Shown here in pieces: positions 12,355-22,516 of a stretch of 64,000 bases of DNA (the first letter of the stretch is position 1; each line of letters begins with the position of its first letter). The notes beneath the pieces are model-generated. The model had not been told where the DNA came from and ran no database searches. It worked only from the letters and a program-made list of their open reading frames with translations. This stretch comes from Clostridia bacterium. Lineage in GTDB: Bacteria > Bacillota > Clostridia > TANB77 > CAG-508. The DNA lies in contig JAAVZW010000026.1 in assembly GCA_022791835.1 (NCBI GenBank), positions 14,638-78,637 of the forward strand, read 5' to 3'. The position numbers and the translations under genes were made by a program.

Positions 12355-13748
12355 ATGAACCAAAAATTAGAAGAATTTAATAAGTATTTAATAGAGAAAA
12401 ATGTTGCAATCATCGGATTAGGAGTTAGCAATTTGCCTTTGCTTAAGTATATGAACAAGAAAGGAGCAAATGTTACTGTATTTGATGATAGAGAAGAGAC
12501 TAGTATTCCAAAAGAAGCTTTACAAGAGGTTCAGAGGTATGATATTCCTCACTTTTTTGGGAAATCTTGTCTAGACAATCTTAAAGGTTTTGATATTATA
12601 TTTAGGTCGCCTAGTTGTATGCCTACTAAGAAAGAATTAGTAAAAGAAGAGACAAGAGGAGCTATTGTTACTACTGAAATTGAAATGCTTATGAAACTAT
12701 GTCCAGGAACTGTAATTGGAGTTACTGGTAGTGACGGAAAGACTACTACTACTTCTATTATATATGAAATTGTTAAAACAGCAGGCTATAAATGCTATTT
12801 GGGAGGAAACATTGGAACTCCATTATTTACTAAGTTGGGAGAAATGGAAGAGAAAGATATTGTGGTGCTAGAACTAAGTAGTTTTCAACTCATGAATATG
12901 AGTGTTAGTCCTAAAATATCTGTTATTACAAATATTTCGCCAAATCATTTAAATGTACATAGTTCATATGAAGAATATATAGAAGCAAAAGAAAACATAT
13001 ATAAACACCAAGATAGAGATGGGATTGTAGTTTTGAACTACGATAATGACATTACAAGAAAACTTGCAAAAAAAGCAGAAGGTCAAGTTGTACTATTTAG
13101 TAGAAAAACTAAACTAGAAGATGGTATTATTGTTGATGGAAATATGATAAAAGAATGTAACGACAGAGTAAGAAGACATGTTATAAGCTCTGAAAATATA
13201 CATTTAAGAGGTATGCACAATTATGAAAATATATGTGCTGCCATTGCTGCAACTAAATCATTAACCGATATTGATACACAGATAAAAGCAATAAAAAATT
13301 TTAGAGGAGTAGAGCATAGAATAGAATTTGTAAGAGAAATAGAAGGTGTAAAGTGGTATAATGATTCAATTGGTACTAGTCCAACAAGAACAATGGCAGG
13401 ATTAAGTTCATTTGAAGAAAAGATTATCTTGATTGCAGGTGGATATGACAAACATTTAGACTATGAACAACTTGCAAAACCTATTTTAGACAATGTTAGG
13501 GTGCTAATATTAATGGGGCAAACAGCAGAAAAAATATTTGTAGAAGTAAAAAAAGAAAGTGAAAAAGAACGGAATAGAAATATCAACATATATGTGTGAA
13601 ACACTAGAGGATACTGTAAAAATGGCAAAGAAAGTTGCTAAACCACGGCGAAGTAGTATTATTTTCGCCAGCAAGTGCAAGTTTCGATATGTTTAAAAAC
13701 TTTGAAGAAAGAGGAAAAAAATTCAAAGAAATAGTAAACAATATTTAA
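12355..13748 (+). CDS. murD: UDP-N-acetylmuramoylalanine--D-glutamate ligase MurD. Needs skipping extra Cs at 13570 and 13646
   Basis: The [13 protein letters not shown]-loop is present. Removing both Cs restores ...[65 protein letters not shown]. Confidence 0.85.
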
Positions 13749-13801
13749 TCACAAATACAAAACCTCCTGAATATATATAAAATATAAAGGAGGCTTTTTT
13801 T

Positions 13802-14332
13802 ATGTTTAATAGCTATGAAGAATATATGCAAAGTGTTTTAGGAATGAATCTTCCGAATACATATGCAAATAAGACAAATGAGTATTATGAACCAAGGATG
13901 ATGGATATGAATATGCAGGATGTAAATAGATTATATCCAGAAATATATGGAATTGTATATCCAATGGTACAAACAGCATGCAGTAGAAGAAATATTACAA
14001 GAATAGACGAAATGCAAATTAATGAGATGGTAGACGAGATTTATACAGCATTAGAGCCAAGAGAAGAAGAGAGACAGAGTTCGGAAGTGGCACAAAACTT
14101 AAGAAACGGAGATGTAAAAAATCCGAGAGTAAAAGAAACAAGAGATACTAGAAGACCTAATAATAATTATTTATTACGAGATTTAATAAGAATACTCTTA
14201 ATAAGAGAATTACTTCAAGGAGGATGGCAGGGAAATATGCCAAGACCACCAATGGGTGGGCCAGGCGGACCTGGAGGAAGACCTCCAGTTATGAGACCTC
14301 GGATATATGGGAATGTTTTAAAATTGACATAA
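13802..14332 (+). CDS. Hypothetical protein with a Gly/Pro-rich C-terminus (spore-coat-like composition)
   Basis: The ORF has an AAGGAGG RBS. There is an in-frame CGG at 14299; skipping its C would instead give a C-terminus ...RPGYMGMF*. Confidence 0.4.
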   Translation: MFNSYEEYMQSVLGMNLPNTYANKTNEYYEPRMMDMNMQDVNRLYPEIYGIVYPMVQTACSRRNITRIDEMQINEMVDEIYTALEPREEERQSSEVAQNLRNGDVKNPRVKETRDTRRPNNNYLLRDLIRILLIRELLQGGWQGNMPRPPMGGPGGPGGRPPVMRPRIYGNVLKLT

Positions 14333-14447
14333 AACTTGCAAAAAATAGAAAAAAATGTTATAATTATGTTAATATGTCTAAATGACATTTTTTATACATG
14401 TTCCTATAAACTTACAAAGACACACTTTATGAGAAAAGGAGAAGAAA

Positions 14448-14930
14448 ATGTTAGCTATTAAAGCAACTTTGGGTGTTGTAGCTATTATGCTTTTGTTTAT
14501 AGCAAACAGAGTGCATTTTGACTACAACTGTGGATTTCACACATTGGGAGATCGGTTTCTTGACGTACTAGGTACTGTTTCTGGAATTGCATTTTGTGCA
14601 TTACTAGCAAATGAAAACCGCACATTGTATGTAATACCACAAATCGCATTTTTCATTTCCGCATGTATGTTGGTAAGACATAAAACAAGAAAAAAGTTCT
14701 GCGTTCCGTTTTGGAAAACGGCAAAGATTGCAATTCTTACATTTATAATCTTTGGAGGAGCAGGGTATACAATCGAAATAATGAATTTGCTCCAAAACGC
14801 AGGCGAAGAGGAGAAAGCTATAATGATTATAGGAACTGCTATGTTTATAATTATTGTGCTTGTCTCCATGACTAACTGCATATTTGGTCATATCCTTAAT
14901 GAAAGGCGGGTGCGCAGTTACTATTATTAA
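14448..14930 (+). CDS. Hypothetical small membrane protein with atypical codon usage
   Basis: It has four or five TM helices and locally higher GC. It contains in-frame CGG codons at 14554 and 14912 that cannot be skipped without an immediate stop. Confidence 0.4.
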   Translation: MLAIKATLGVVAIMLLFIANRVHFDYNCGFHTLGDRFLDVLGTVSGIAFCALLANENRTLYVIPQIAFFISACMLVRHKTRKKFCVPFWKTAKIAILTFIIFGGAGYTIEIMNLLQNAGEEEKAIMIIGTAMFIIIVLVSMTNCIFGHILNERRVRSYYY

Positions 14931-15101
14931 GGAGATGCACCATGAATGAAAAAGAGAAAAGAAAGATAATCGCTAACACAAGAAACGAAGATAGTAGCTA
15001 AGTATATGCTAGCTACTATCTTCTTAATTTAGAAAATATTAGTTTTGTTTTTTAATAAATAATAAAGGTAGAAGCATAAGCCCCTACCTATAAATCTATA
15101 A

Positions 15102-15551
15102 TTAGCAACATTCAGGTTTGCAAGGTTCTTCTTTTATATCACAAGGATTTTTTTCAATACACATATCACATGCATCCATTTTAATACCTTTTAGACATTT
15201 ACCTTTTCTAGAACCTTTTGCACAAAGCTTGAAAGTTCTAATTTTGCTAGCCCAAACGTCGATAGCATATTTTTTATCTGGACATAGAGGACCAAATACG
15301 AATTCACCATATTCATCTGTGAAAGTATGAGAAACAGGTTTTCTAATTTCTTCGCCTTTTTCACAATCTAATTCTATAAGCTTTACAACAGCATCGCATA
15401 CAGGTTCATGATAACAGTCTTTTACTATACCATATATTACGTTACGATTATCTTCTGGTAAATTTATTTCTATATCAAATTGTTTGCCTTTTTCGATGAA
15501 ACCATCAACTTCTACGATAGGGCATTTTTCATTATTATTTGTATATTCCAT
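15102..15551 (-). CDS. Hypothetical Cys-rich protein
   Basis: The 149-aa protein has 17 Cys and a C-terminal CxxC cluster. Confidence 0.4.
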   Translation of the reverse strand: MEYTNNNEKCPIVEVDGFIEKGKQFDIEINLPEDNRNVIYGIVKDCYHEPVCDAVVKLIELDCEKGEEIRKPVSHTFTDEYGEFVFGPLCPDKKYAIDVWASKIRTFKLCAKGSRKGKCLKGIKMDACDMCIEKNPCDIKEEPCKPECC

Positions 15552-15808
15552 AATAGTTTTCTTCCTTTCTTTATTTTTATATAGTAGGAATTTTTGCTAC
15601 ATAAGTAGTGAAAAGCTCCATACTAGATAATTATTGCGAGTATTACAATGATTTATAATTTAGTCATTGTTAATTCGACTTTAAGCTATTTGCTTAATAA
15701 TATATAGTATGCAAGATTTGTAATTTTGTTAAAAAAATTCTCAAAAAATGTTGAAATTGTGTTAATGATATAATATAATCAATAAAATGTTTGAAGGGAG
15801 AATATAAA

Positions 15809-16711
15809 ATGAAGCATGTATTAAGTAGCCATCAATTTACAAGAGAAAAACTTGAAGAAATCTTTGACCTAGCTGAAAAGATTAAACAAAATCCTAAGGA
15901 ATATGAACATAAATTAGATGACAAAATGATTGCGATAATGTTCTATGAACCAAGTACAAGAACAAGACTATCTTTTGAAACAGCAGCTCAAAAGTTAGGA
16001 GCAAAAATTATTACAACAGAAAATGCAGGAGAATTTTCATCAGCAGCAAAAGGTGAAACTATAGAAGATACAGTAAAAGTTATTTCAGGATATGCAGATG
16101 CAATGGTAATAAGACATAAATCCGATACATCAGCAGAACAAGCTGCAAGTGTTAACAAAATTCCAATTTTAAATGGAGGAGCTGGAAAAGGAGAACACCC
16201 AACACAAGCATTATTAGATCTTTTTACAATTAGAGAAAAATTTGGAAAAATAGATGGAACAAGAGTTGCAATACTTGGAGACTTACTATATGGACGAACA
16301 ATACATTCATTATTAAAATTATTATCACTATATGAAAATATAGAGGTATATGGACTTAGTAAAGAAGCATTTGCACTTCCACAAAAATATATAGACATGT
16401 TAAAAGAAAGAAATATAGAATATAAAAAATGCACAAGTTTTGAAGAATTACCAAAAGATATTAATGTAATATATCATACAAGAATTCAGGCAGAGAGATT
16501 TGAAGGAGATTTTGGCAAAGAAGAATTTATAATAGATAAAAAGGTATTAGACACATTTTCAGATAATACAATTCTAATGCACCCATTACCAAGAGTAATA
16601 GAAATAGCAGTAGATGTAGATGATGATCCAAGAGCATATTATTTCAAACAAGCACATAATGGTCTATATATACGTATGGCATTATTACTTGATGTATTTG
16701 ATAGAGTATAG
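15809..16711 (+). CDS. pyrB: Aspartate carbamoyltransferase catalytic subunit
   Basis: The STRTR and HPLP motifs are present. The ATG at 15809 lies 8 nt after a GGGAG RBS. Confidence 0.9.
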   Translation: MKHVLSSHQFTREKLEEIFDLAEKIKQNPKEYEHKLDDKMIAIMFYEPSTRTRLSFETAAQKLGAKIITTENAGEFSSAAKGETIEDTVKVISGYADAMVIRHKSDTSAEQAASVNKIPILNGGAGKGEHPTQALLDLFTIREKFGKIDGTRVAILGDLLYGRTIHSLLKLLSLYENIEVYGLSKEAFALPQKYIDMLKERNIEYKKCTSFEELPKDINVIYHTRIQAERFEGDFGKEEFIIDKKVLDTFSDNTILMHPLPRVIEIAVDVDDDPRAYYFKQAHNGLYIRMALLLDVFDRV

Positions 16712-16804
16712 ATAAATTAAAAAGTAAAGTTAATAAAAATTTAACTTTGCTTTTTCTATTTTCTATGATAGAATAAGGCATATAAATAAATAGGAGGTAT
16801 TACC

Positions 16805-18736
16805 TTGGAATATAACAAAGAAGGATATGTAAAATTACTAGCAAAGACTTTTAAAAACGAAGATGAAGTATTAGAAGAAATTATAAATTTAAAGGCTATA
16901 CTTGAGCTTCCAAAAGGTACAGAAGTATTTTTAAGTGATGTGCATGGAGAATATGAGCCTTTTATACATGTACTAAATAACGGAGCAGGCAGAATTAGAA
17001 ACAAAATAGACTTAAGTTATAAAGGAACACTATCTTTAAAAGAAAGAAATAAGCTTGCAACTCTTATATATTATCCAGAGGAAAAACTTAAACAGATAAA
17101 AGACAAGAAAGAAAATACAAAAGAATGGTATAAAGATGTAATATCAAGATTAATAGAAATATGTAGGATGGCTGGTGGAAAGTATACTCGTTCTAAAGTT
17201 AGAAAATCTATTCCAAATTTTAAATATATCATGGATGAACTTCTACATGCACCAGAAGATGTAGGAAACAAAGCAGAATACTATGAAGCAGTTATTGAGT
17301 CAATTATAGAATTAGGAATTGCAGATGAAGTAATAATTTCAATTTCAGAAGCTATTAAACAAATGTCAATTGACCATTTACACATTGTAGGAGATATATA
17401 TGATAGAGGTATACATCCAGACTATATATTAGAAAAACTTATGCAATTCCATAGTGTAGATATAGAATGGGGAAACCATGATATACTTTGGATGGGTGCA
17501 ACTCTTGGTAACATGGCATGTATTGCAAATGTGATTAGAATATGTGCAAGATATGGGAATATACGTATTTTAGAAGATACTTATGGAATAAATATGAGAC
17601 CACTTTCGATTTTTGCACTTGACACATACACAGAAGTACCACCCAAAAGACTACTACCAAGAGAACTAGATTATAATAAATATAGTGAAAGCGACAAGAT
17701 TATTCTTGCGAAAATTCAAAAAGCAATTGCTGTAATCCAATTCAAAATAGAAGGACAGCTAATTAAATCACATCCAGAATATAACATGAATGATAGATTA
17801 CTTCTAGATAAAATAGACTATGAAAAAGGAACAGTAAATATTTGTGGAATAGAATATGAACTAAATGATACAAATTTTCCTACAATAGATAGAGATAATC
17901 CATACAAATTAACAGATACAGAGAAAGAACTTATAGAAAGATTGAGAGAATCTTTTATGGAAAGTGCGACTTTAAATGAACATATAAAATTTTTATATGC
18001 AAAAGGTGCAACATATAAGATTTTTAACTCAAATTTACTCATGCATGCTTGTATACCAATCAATGAAGATGGAAGCTATACAAAAGTAACGCTATTAGGA
18101 AAAACATTTGGTGGAAAAGAATACTTAGACCACTTAGACAAAGCCATAAGAAAAGCATATTTTGAAGGAGAAAAAGAATCAGCAGACTACATGTGGTATC
18201 TATGGTGTGGTAAAGATTCGCCTTTCTTTGGAAAAGATAAAATGACAACCTTTGAACAATATTTTATAAATGATAAAGCATCTCACAAAGAGCATAAAAT
18301 ACCATATTATGAGTATATAACAAAAGAAGAGTTTTGTTGCAAAGTATTAAAAGATTTTGGAATAAAAGAAGAATTTTCACACATAATAAATGGTCATGTT
18401 CCAGTCAAAGCAAAAGATGGAGAAAGCCCAGTCAAGGCAAATGGAAAACTATTGGTAATAGATGGAGGATTTGCGAAAGGATATAGAGAAAAAACAGGAG
18501 AAGCGGGCTTCATACTATCATACAATTCATATGGACTTATGCTTAATGCAAATAAAACATTTGAAAGTATACAAAAGGTTATAGAAACAGAGGATGAAGT
18601 TCCGACAGAAATAATGGTAAGCGACCAAATATTAGAAAGAAAAAGAGTAGGGGACACAGATATAGGAAAAGAATTAAAAGAACAAATCGAATGTTTAGAA
18701 GAATTACTTGGATGGTACAGAAAAGGGAAGGTGTGA
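16805..18736 (+). CDS. fbp: Fructose-1,6-bisphosphatase class 3
   Basis: The protein is about 640 aa and matches FBPase_2 family features. A TTG start lies 8 nt after an AGGAGG RBS. Confidence 0.8.
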   Translation: MEYNKEGYVKLLAKTFKNEDEVLEEIINLKAILELPKGTEVFLSDVHGEYEPFIHVLNNGAGRIRNKIDLSYKGTLSLKERNKLATLIYYPEEKLKQIKDKKENTKEWYKDVISRLIEICRMAGGKYTRSKVRKSIPNFKYIMDELLHAPEDVGNKAEYYEAVIESIIELGIADEVIISISEAIKQMSIDHLHIVGDIYDRGIHPDYILEKLMQFHSVDIEWGNHDILWMGATLGNMACIANVIRICARYGNIRILEDTYGINMRPLSIFALDTYTEVPPKRLLPRELDYNKYSESDKIILAKIQKAIAVIQFKIEGQLIKSHPEYNMNDRLLLDKIDYEKGTVNICGIEYELNDTNFPTIDRDNPYKLTDTEKELIERLRESFMESATLNEHIKFLYAKGATYKIFNSNLLMHACIPINEDGSYTKVTLLGKTFGGKEYLDHLDKAIRKAYFEGEKESADYMWYLWCGKDSPFFGKDKMTTFEQYFINDKASHKEHKIPYYEYITKEEFCCKVLKDFGIKEEFSHIINGHVPVKAKDGESPVKANGKLLVIDGGFAKGYREKTGEAGFILSYNSYGLMLNANKTFESIQKVIETEDEVPTEIMVSDQILERKRVGDTDIGKELKEQIECLEELLGWYRKGKV

Positions 18737-18765
18737 GATATACCTAACGTAGACTAAAGATTAAA

Positions 18766-18831
18766 AATGAAAATGTAATAAAAAAGTAATGAAAATGTAA
18801 TAAAAAAGTAATGAAAAAGTAATGAAAAAGT
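18766..18831 (+). repeat. Intergenic tandem repeat array: tgaaaatgtaataaaaaagtaa x2 followed by tgaaaaagtaa x2
   Basis: The repeats were read directly from the sequence. Confidence 0.8.
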
Positions 18832-18886
18832 AATACTGAAATGATAAAATAAATCTATAAAATAATTTTTTGGAGGGAAAAATCAA

Positions 18887-20002
18887 ATGAAAAAAATTAC
18901 GAAATTAACAGTATTAATGCTAATATTAACAATGATAATGTTAGTAATTGGAGTAACGACAGTAAAAGCAACAACATCAGATCCAGATGCAACAATAGAA
19001 ACAGAAGAAGAACCAATTTGGTCAGATAAAAATAAAGTAAAATTGGAAATTAAAGAAAGTAACTCTAATATGAACTATAATCTACATGTGACAGGCCTTA
19101 CAAGTAAGAATGCTGAAGGATTTTCTATAACTTGTCATGTATTTATATCTAATAAAACAGCACCAACAGTAAAATATGATTCTAAAGGAATTCCAGAAGG
19201 TGGCATTATAATAGGTGCACCTAATTATTATACCAATATTACACCATATTTTGAGAAAGCAGGAGATGTTTATGTTACTTTGGTAGAAACTCAAATGAGC
19301 AGTACATCAAGCCAAATGATAAGTAAAGAACTACTTACAGCACACAAAATAACAAGACCATCATTAAAGCCATTAGGATTAAGAACAACAGGTTTTTTCT
19401 TTGAAGAAGACACTAGCGTTCATGTAAATTTGAGTGAACCAATGGCAGGTTTAGATAATGGAGCTAAAATAAATGTAAAAATTGGCAGAATTACAGATAA
19501 AGACATTCTTAGAGCTATACAAAAAAATGAAAATGGTGCTTTAACAAAATTACTTAATTATGCCAAAAAAGCAGATAAACTTTATGAAGGAACATTTGAT
19601 AATACACAAAAAAAACAAAAATCTATTACTCATGAGTTTACTGTAGTTGATGGTGCATATTATTATGTGTATATGTCAGTTGGTGGAGAATTTTATCCTA
19701 TAGAAGATGTATCATTATATCAAGGAATGGTAAGTCCTGCCATTGGAAATAACTTACATGATTATCTTTCAGATAAATTCAAATGGAACATAGATGATGA
19801 AGAAGAGCCAACAGAACCTATACAACCACCAAAGCCAACAGAACCAACAACGCCAACAGAACCACAAAAACCAGATAATACTGTGTTACCAACAGGAAAA
19901 TTACCACAAACAGGACAATCTATAGCTTTAGCAGTAATAGTAGCAGTAATAGCAATAGTAGGAGTGGTATTTGCAGTAAAAGCCAAAAAATATAAAATAT
20001 AA
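18887..20002 (+). CDS. LPXTG cell-wall-anchored surface protein
   Basis: It has a signal peptide, a Pro-rich PTEP linker, and a C-terminal LPQTG motif followed by a hydrophobic segment and a KAKKYKI tail (a sortase sorting signal). Confidence 0.8.
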   Translation: MKKITKLTVLMLILTMIMLVIGVTTVKATTSDPDATIETEEEPIWSDKNKVKLEIKESNSNMNYNLHVTGLTSKNAEGFSITCHVFISNKTAPTVKYDSKGIPEGGIIIGAPNYYTNITPYFEKAGDVYVTLVETQMSSTSSQMISKELLTAHKITRPSLKPLGLRTTGFFFEEDTSVHVNLSEPMAGLDNGAKINVKIGRITDKDILRAIQKNENGALTKLLNYAKKADKLYEGTFDNTQKKQKSITHEFTVVDGAYYYVYMSVGGEFYPIEDVSLYQGMVSPAIGNNLHDYLSDKFKWNIDDEEEPTEPIQPPKPTEPTTPTEPQKPDNTVLPTGKLPQTGQSIALAVIVAVIAIVGVVFAVKAKKYKI

Positions 20003-20050
20003 CATTTGAAAATGACCTTGATAAAAATAAAATGTAGATAATAAATATAA

Positions 20051-20104
20051 AGTGAACCCAAATTATTAGACAAAATAAGTTTAATAGGGAGGGTTCATTT
20101 TATG
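20051..20104 (+). repeat. Conserved ~55-nt element (copy 1) with a 7-bp stem tgaaccc/gggttca enclosing an SD, followed by a mini-ORF MSKCSS*
   Basis: It matches 49172..49226 with 5 mismatches, including a U-G compensatory change in the stem. Confidence 0.6.
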
Positions 20105-20440
20105 TCTAAATGCTCAAGTTAATTTAAACTAAAAGTATAGAACTTATCATTTAGAAATTGTTAAATAAGTTTTTTATGTTTTTTTGAAGAAACTATTTAA
20201 TTTTTTCAAAAAGCCTTGACATATTTATAAGAACGTCGTATACTTATAACATAATTTGTTTATATAAAAGAATCAAAAAATTCAAATCAATTTAATGTTA
20301 ATTTATCATTTATTAACTTAGATTCAAAAAATCTTTAGGAAACCTCCTAAAAAATCAAAAAAACAAATAAAATCATACTATTTTAAAATTATATATTGCA
20401 AAAACCTATATGTTAATATATAATTGGAAAGGAAATAAAA

Positions 20441-21028
20441 ATGAAGAAAACATTTAAGAAATTTACAAAAACAGTTAGAGACAAAAGAGAGGAGGTACAA
20501 TCAATGCGTATGAAAATATTAAAAAATCTATCACAAAAAGTAGAGAGATTAGAAGAAAAGACAGATAAAATACAGCAAATATTGGTAGATATGCAAACAC
20601 AAGCAAAAATGGATAGAGAATTTACATTCGCAAAATTTGGACAAATAGATGAACGACTTGACAATATGGAAACTCAAGCAAAAGAAGACAGAGAGCGTAT
20701 ATTTGCAAAATTTGAACAAATAGATGAACGATTTGACAAACTAGAAACTCAAATAAAAGAAGATAGAGAGTATACAGCTACAGAATTCGAGCAAATAGAT
20801 AAGAGATTTGATAATTTAGAAAGTCAAATAAAAGAAGACAGAGAGCGTACAGCTGCAAAATTCGAGCAAATAGATAAGAGATTTGACAACCTAGAAAGTC
20901 AAATAAAAGAAGACAGAGAGCATACATCTGCGAAGTTTGAAAAAATAGAAGACCTATTAATAGAGATAATTACTAAATTGGATGGAGAAGAAATAACTCG
21001 AGGAGTACGACTAAAAAAGTTACTCTAA
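20441..21028 (+). CDS. Coiled-coil protein with five tandem ~21-aa repeats (...TQAKEDRERIFAKFEQIDERFDKLE...)
   Basis: The protein is 195 aa with 63-nt near-identical nucleotide repeats. Confidence 0.5.
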   Translation: MKKTFKKFTKTVRDKREEVQSMRMKILKNLSQKVERLEEKTDKIQQILVDMQTQAKMDREFTFAKFGQIDERLDNMETQAKEDRERIFAKFEQIDERFDKLETQIKEDREYTATEFEQIDKRFDNLESQIKEDRERTAAKFEQIDKRFDNLESQIKEDREHTSAKFEKIEDLLIEIITKLDGEEITRGVRLKKLL

Positions 21029-21099
21029 AAATTAACTTGAAAACAAACAAAATCTATGATAAAATAATGCACAAAGAAGCAAAGAAAAGAGAAACTAAA

Positions 21100-22475
21100 A
21101 TGGAAATAATTCAATTCAAAGAAGAAAAAATATTCATAGATAAAGTAAAAAAAATAAATAAAAATACAAACCCAACATACTATATCATGACTATGGGTTG
21201 CCTTTTGAATGAAAATGACAGTGAAAAATTAAGTGGAATGATAGAAGAAATGGGTTATATAAAATGTGAAGACCCAAAAAAAGCAAATTTAATAGTATTT
21301 AATACATGCTGTATTAGAGAAAATGCAGAAGAAAAGCTTTTTGGTAAACTTGGCGAATTAAAAAAATATAAAGCAGAAACTGGAGCAATTATTGCTATCG
21401 GTGGATGCATGATGCAAGAAGAACATATTACAGCAAAACTAAAAAAGAGCTATCCATATTATGACATAATTTTTGGTACACACACAATTAATAAATTTCC
21501 AGAAGACTTATATAAAATTTTATCAAAAAAACAAAAAATAAAAGATATCCTAGACATAGAAGGAGACATTTATGAAGGACTTCCAATTAAAAGAACAGAT
21601 AAAACAAAAGCATTAGTTACAATCATGTATGGTTGCAATAATTTTTGCACTTATTGCATAGTCCCATATGTAAGAGGAAGAGAAAGAAGTAGAAATCCAA
21701 AAGATATCTTAAAAGAGATAAATGACCTAGCAAAAGACGGTTGCAAAGAGATAACTTTGCTTGGTCAAAATGTTAATTCATATAATGGAGGAGAAGGTTA
21801 TACATTTGCAAAATTACTTCAGGAAGTAGAAAAAATTGAAGGCATAGAACGTATAAGATTTATTTCTCCACATCCAAAAGATTTTACAGACGATGTAATA
21901 GAAACAATAGCAAATAGTAAAAAAATCTGCAAAATATTACATTTGCCATTACAATCAGGCAGTACAAATATATTAAAAAGAATGAATAGAAAACACACAA
22001 AAGAAAGTTTCCTAGAATTAGTAGAAAAAATCCAAACAAAAATCCCTGATGTAGTACTATCAACTGATATAATAGTAGGTTTCCCAGGAGAAAAAGAAGA
22101 AGACTTCAAAGATACATTAGATGTAGTTGAAAAAGTAAAATTTGAGCAAGTTTTCATGTTTATTTACTCAAGAAGAGTGCGGAACACCAGCAGATAAAAT
22201 GGAAGACCAAATACCAGAAGAAATAAAACATGAAAGATTTGATAGACTAAAAAAATTAGTAGAAAGCCAAGTCGCAGAAAATAATGCAAAATATATAGGA
22301 ACAAAGCAAAAAATAATAGTCGAGGGTAAAAGCAAAAATAATGAAGAGATGTTAACACGGAAGAACAGAAACCAATAAAGTAGTAATCTTTAAAGGAGAC
22401 AAAAGCCTAATCGACCATAGTATAGAAGTAGAAATAATAAAAGATAGGTTATGGTACTTAGAAGGAAAAATATAA
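21100..22475 (+). CDS. miaB: tRNA-2-methylthio-N6-dimethylallyladenosine synthase MiaB (start uncertain between 21037 and 21100). Needs skipping extra Cs at 22180 and 22357
   Basis: It has an MTTase N-terminus (YIMTMGCLLNENDSE) and a radical-SAM CxxxCxxC motif. The repairs give ...IYSRRVGTPADKMEDQ... and ...MLTGRTETNKVVIFKGDKSLIDHSIEVEIIKDRLWYLEGKI*. Confidence 0.8.
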
Positions 22476-22516
22476 GAAATAAAAGGAAAACCAAATAAAT
22501 TCAAGGAGGAGCAAAA

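Noticed and set aside
14554-14912. Treating the in-frame CGG codons of gene 14448..14930 (gat cgg ttt; agg cgg gtg) as additional recoding sites.
   Set aside because: Skipping the C at 14554 gives an immediate stop, while the current frame continues for 125 codons. The gene also has atypical composition, so these are ordinary Arg codons in a possibly foreign gene.
15791-15808. Upstream starts for pyrB (15791, TTG) and for the sortase gene (26309).
   Set aside because: The pyrB ATG at 15809 has a properly spaced GGGAG RBS. The sortase upstream ATG overlaps the predicted -10 and transcription start.
15552-15808. A PyrR-binding attenuator in the 250-nt pyrB leader.
   Set aside because: No recognisable PyrR binding-loop motif (ARUCCAGAGAGGCU-like) was seen, and pyrR itself is not adjacent.
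18766-18831. CRISPR array.
   Set aside because: The repeats are contiguous with no spacers, and no cas genes are nearby.
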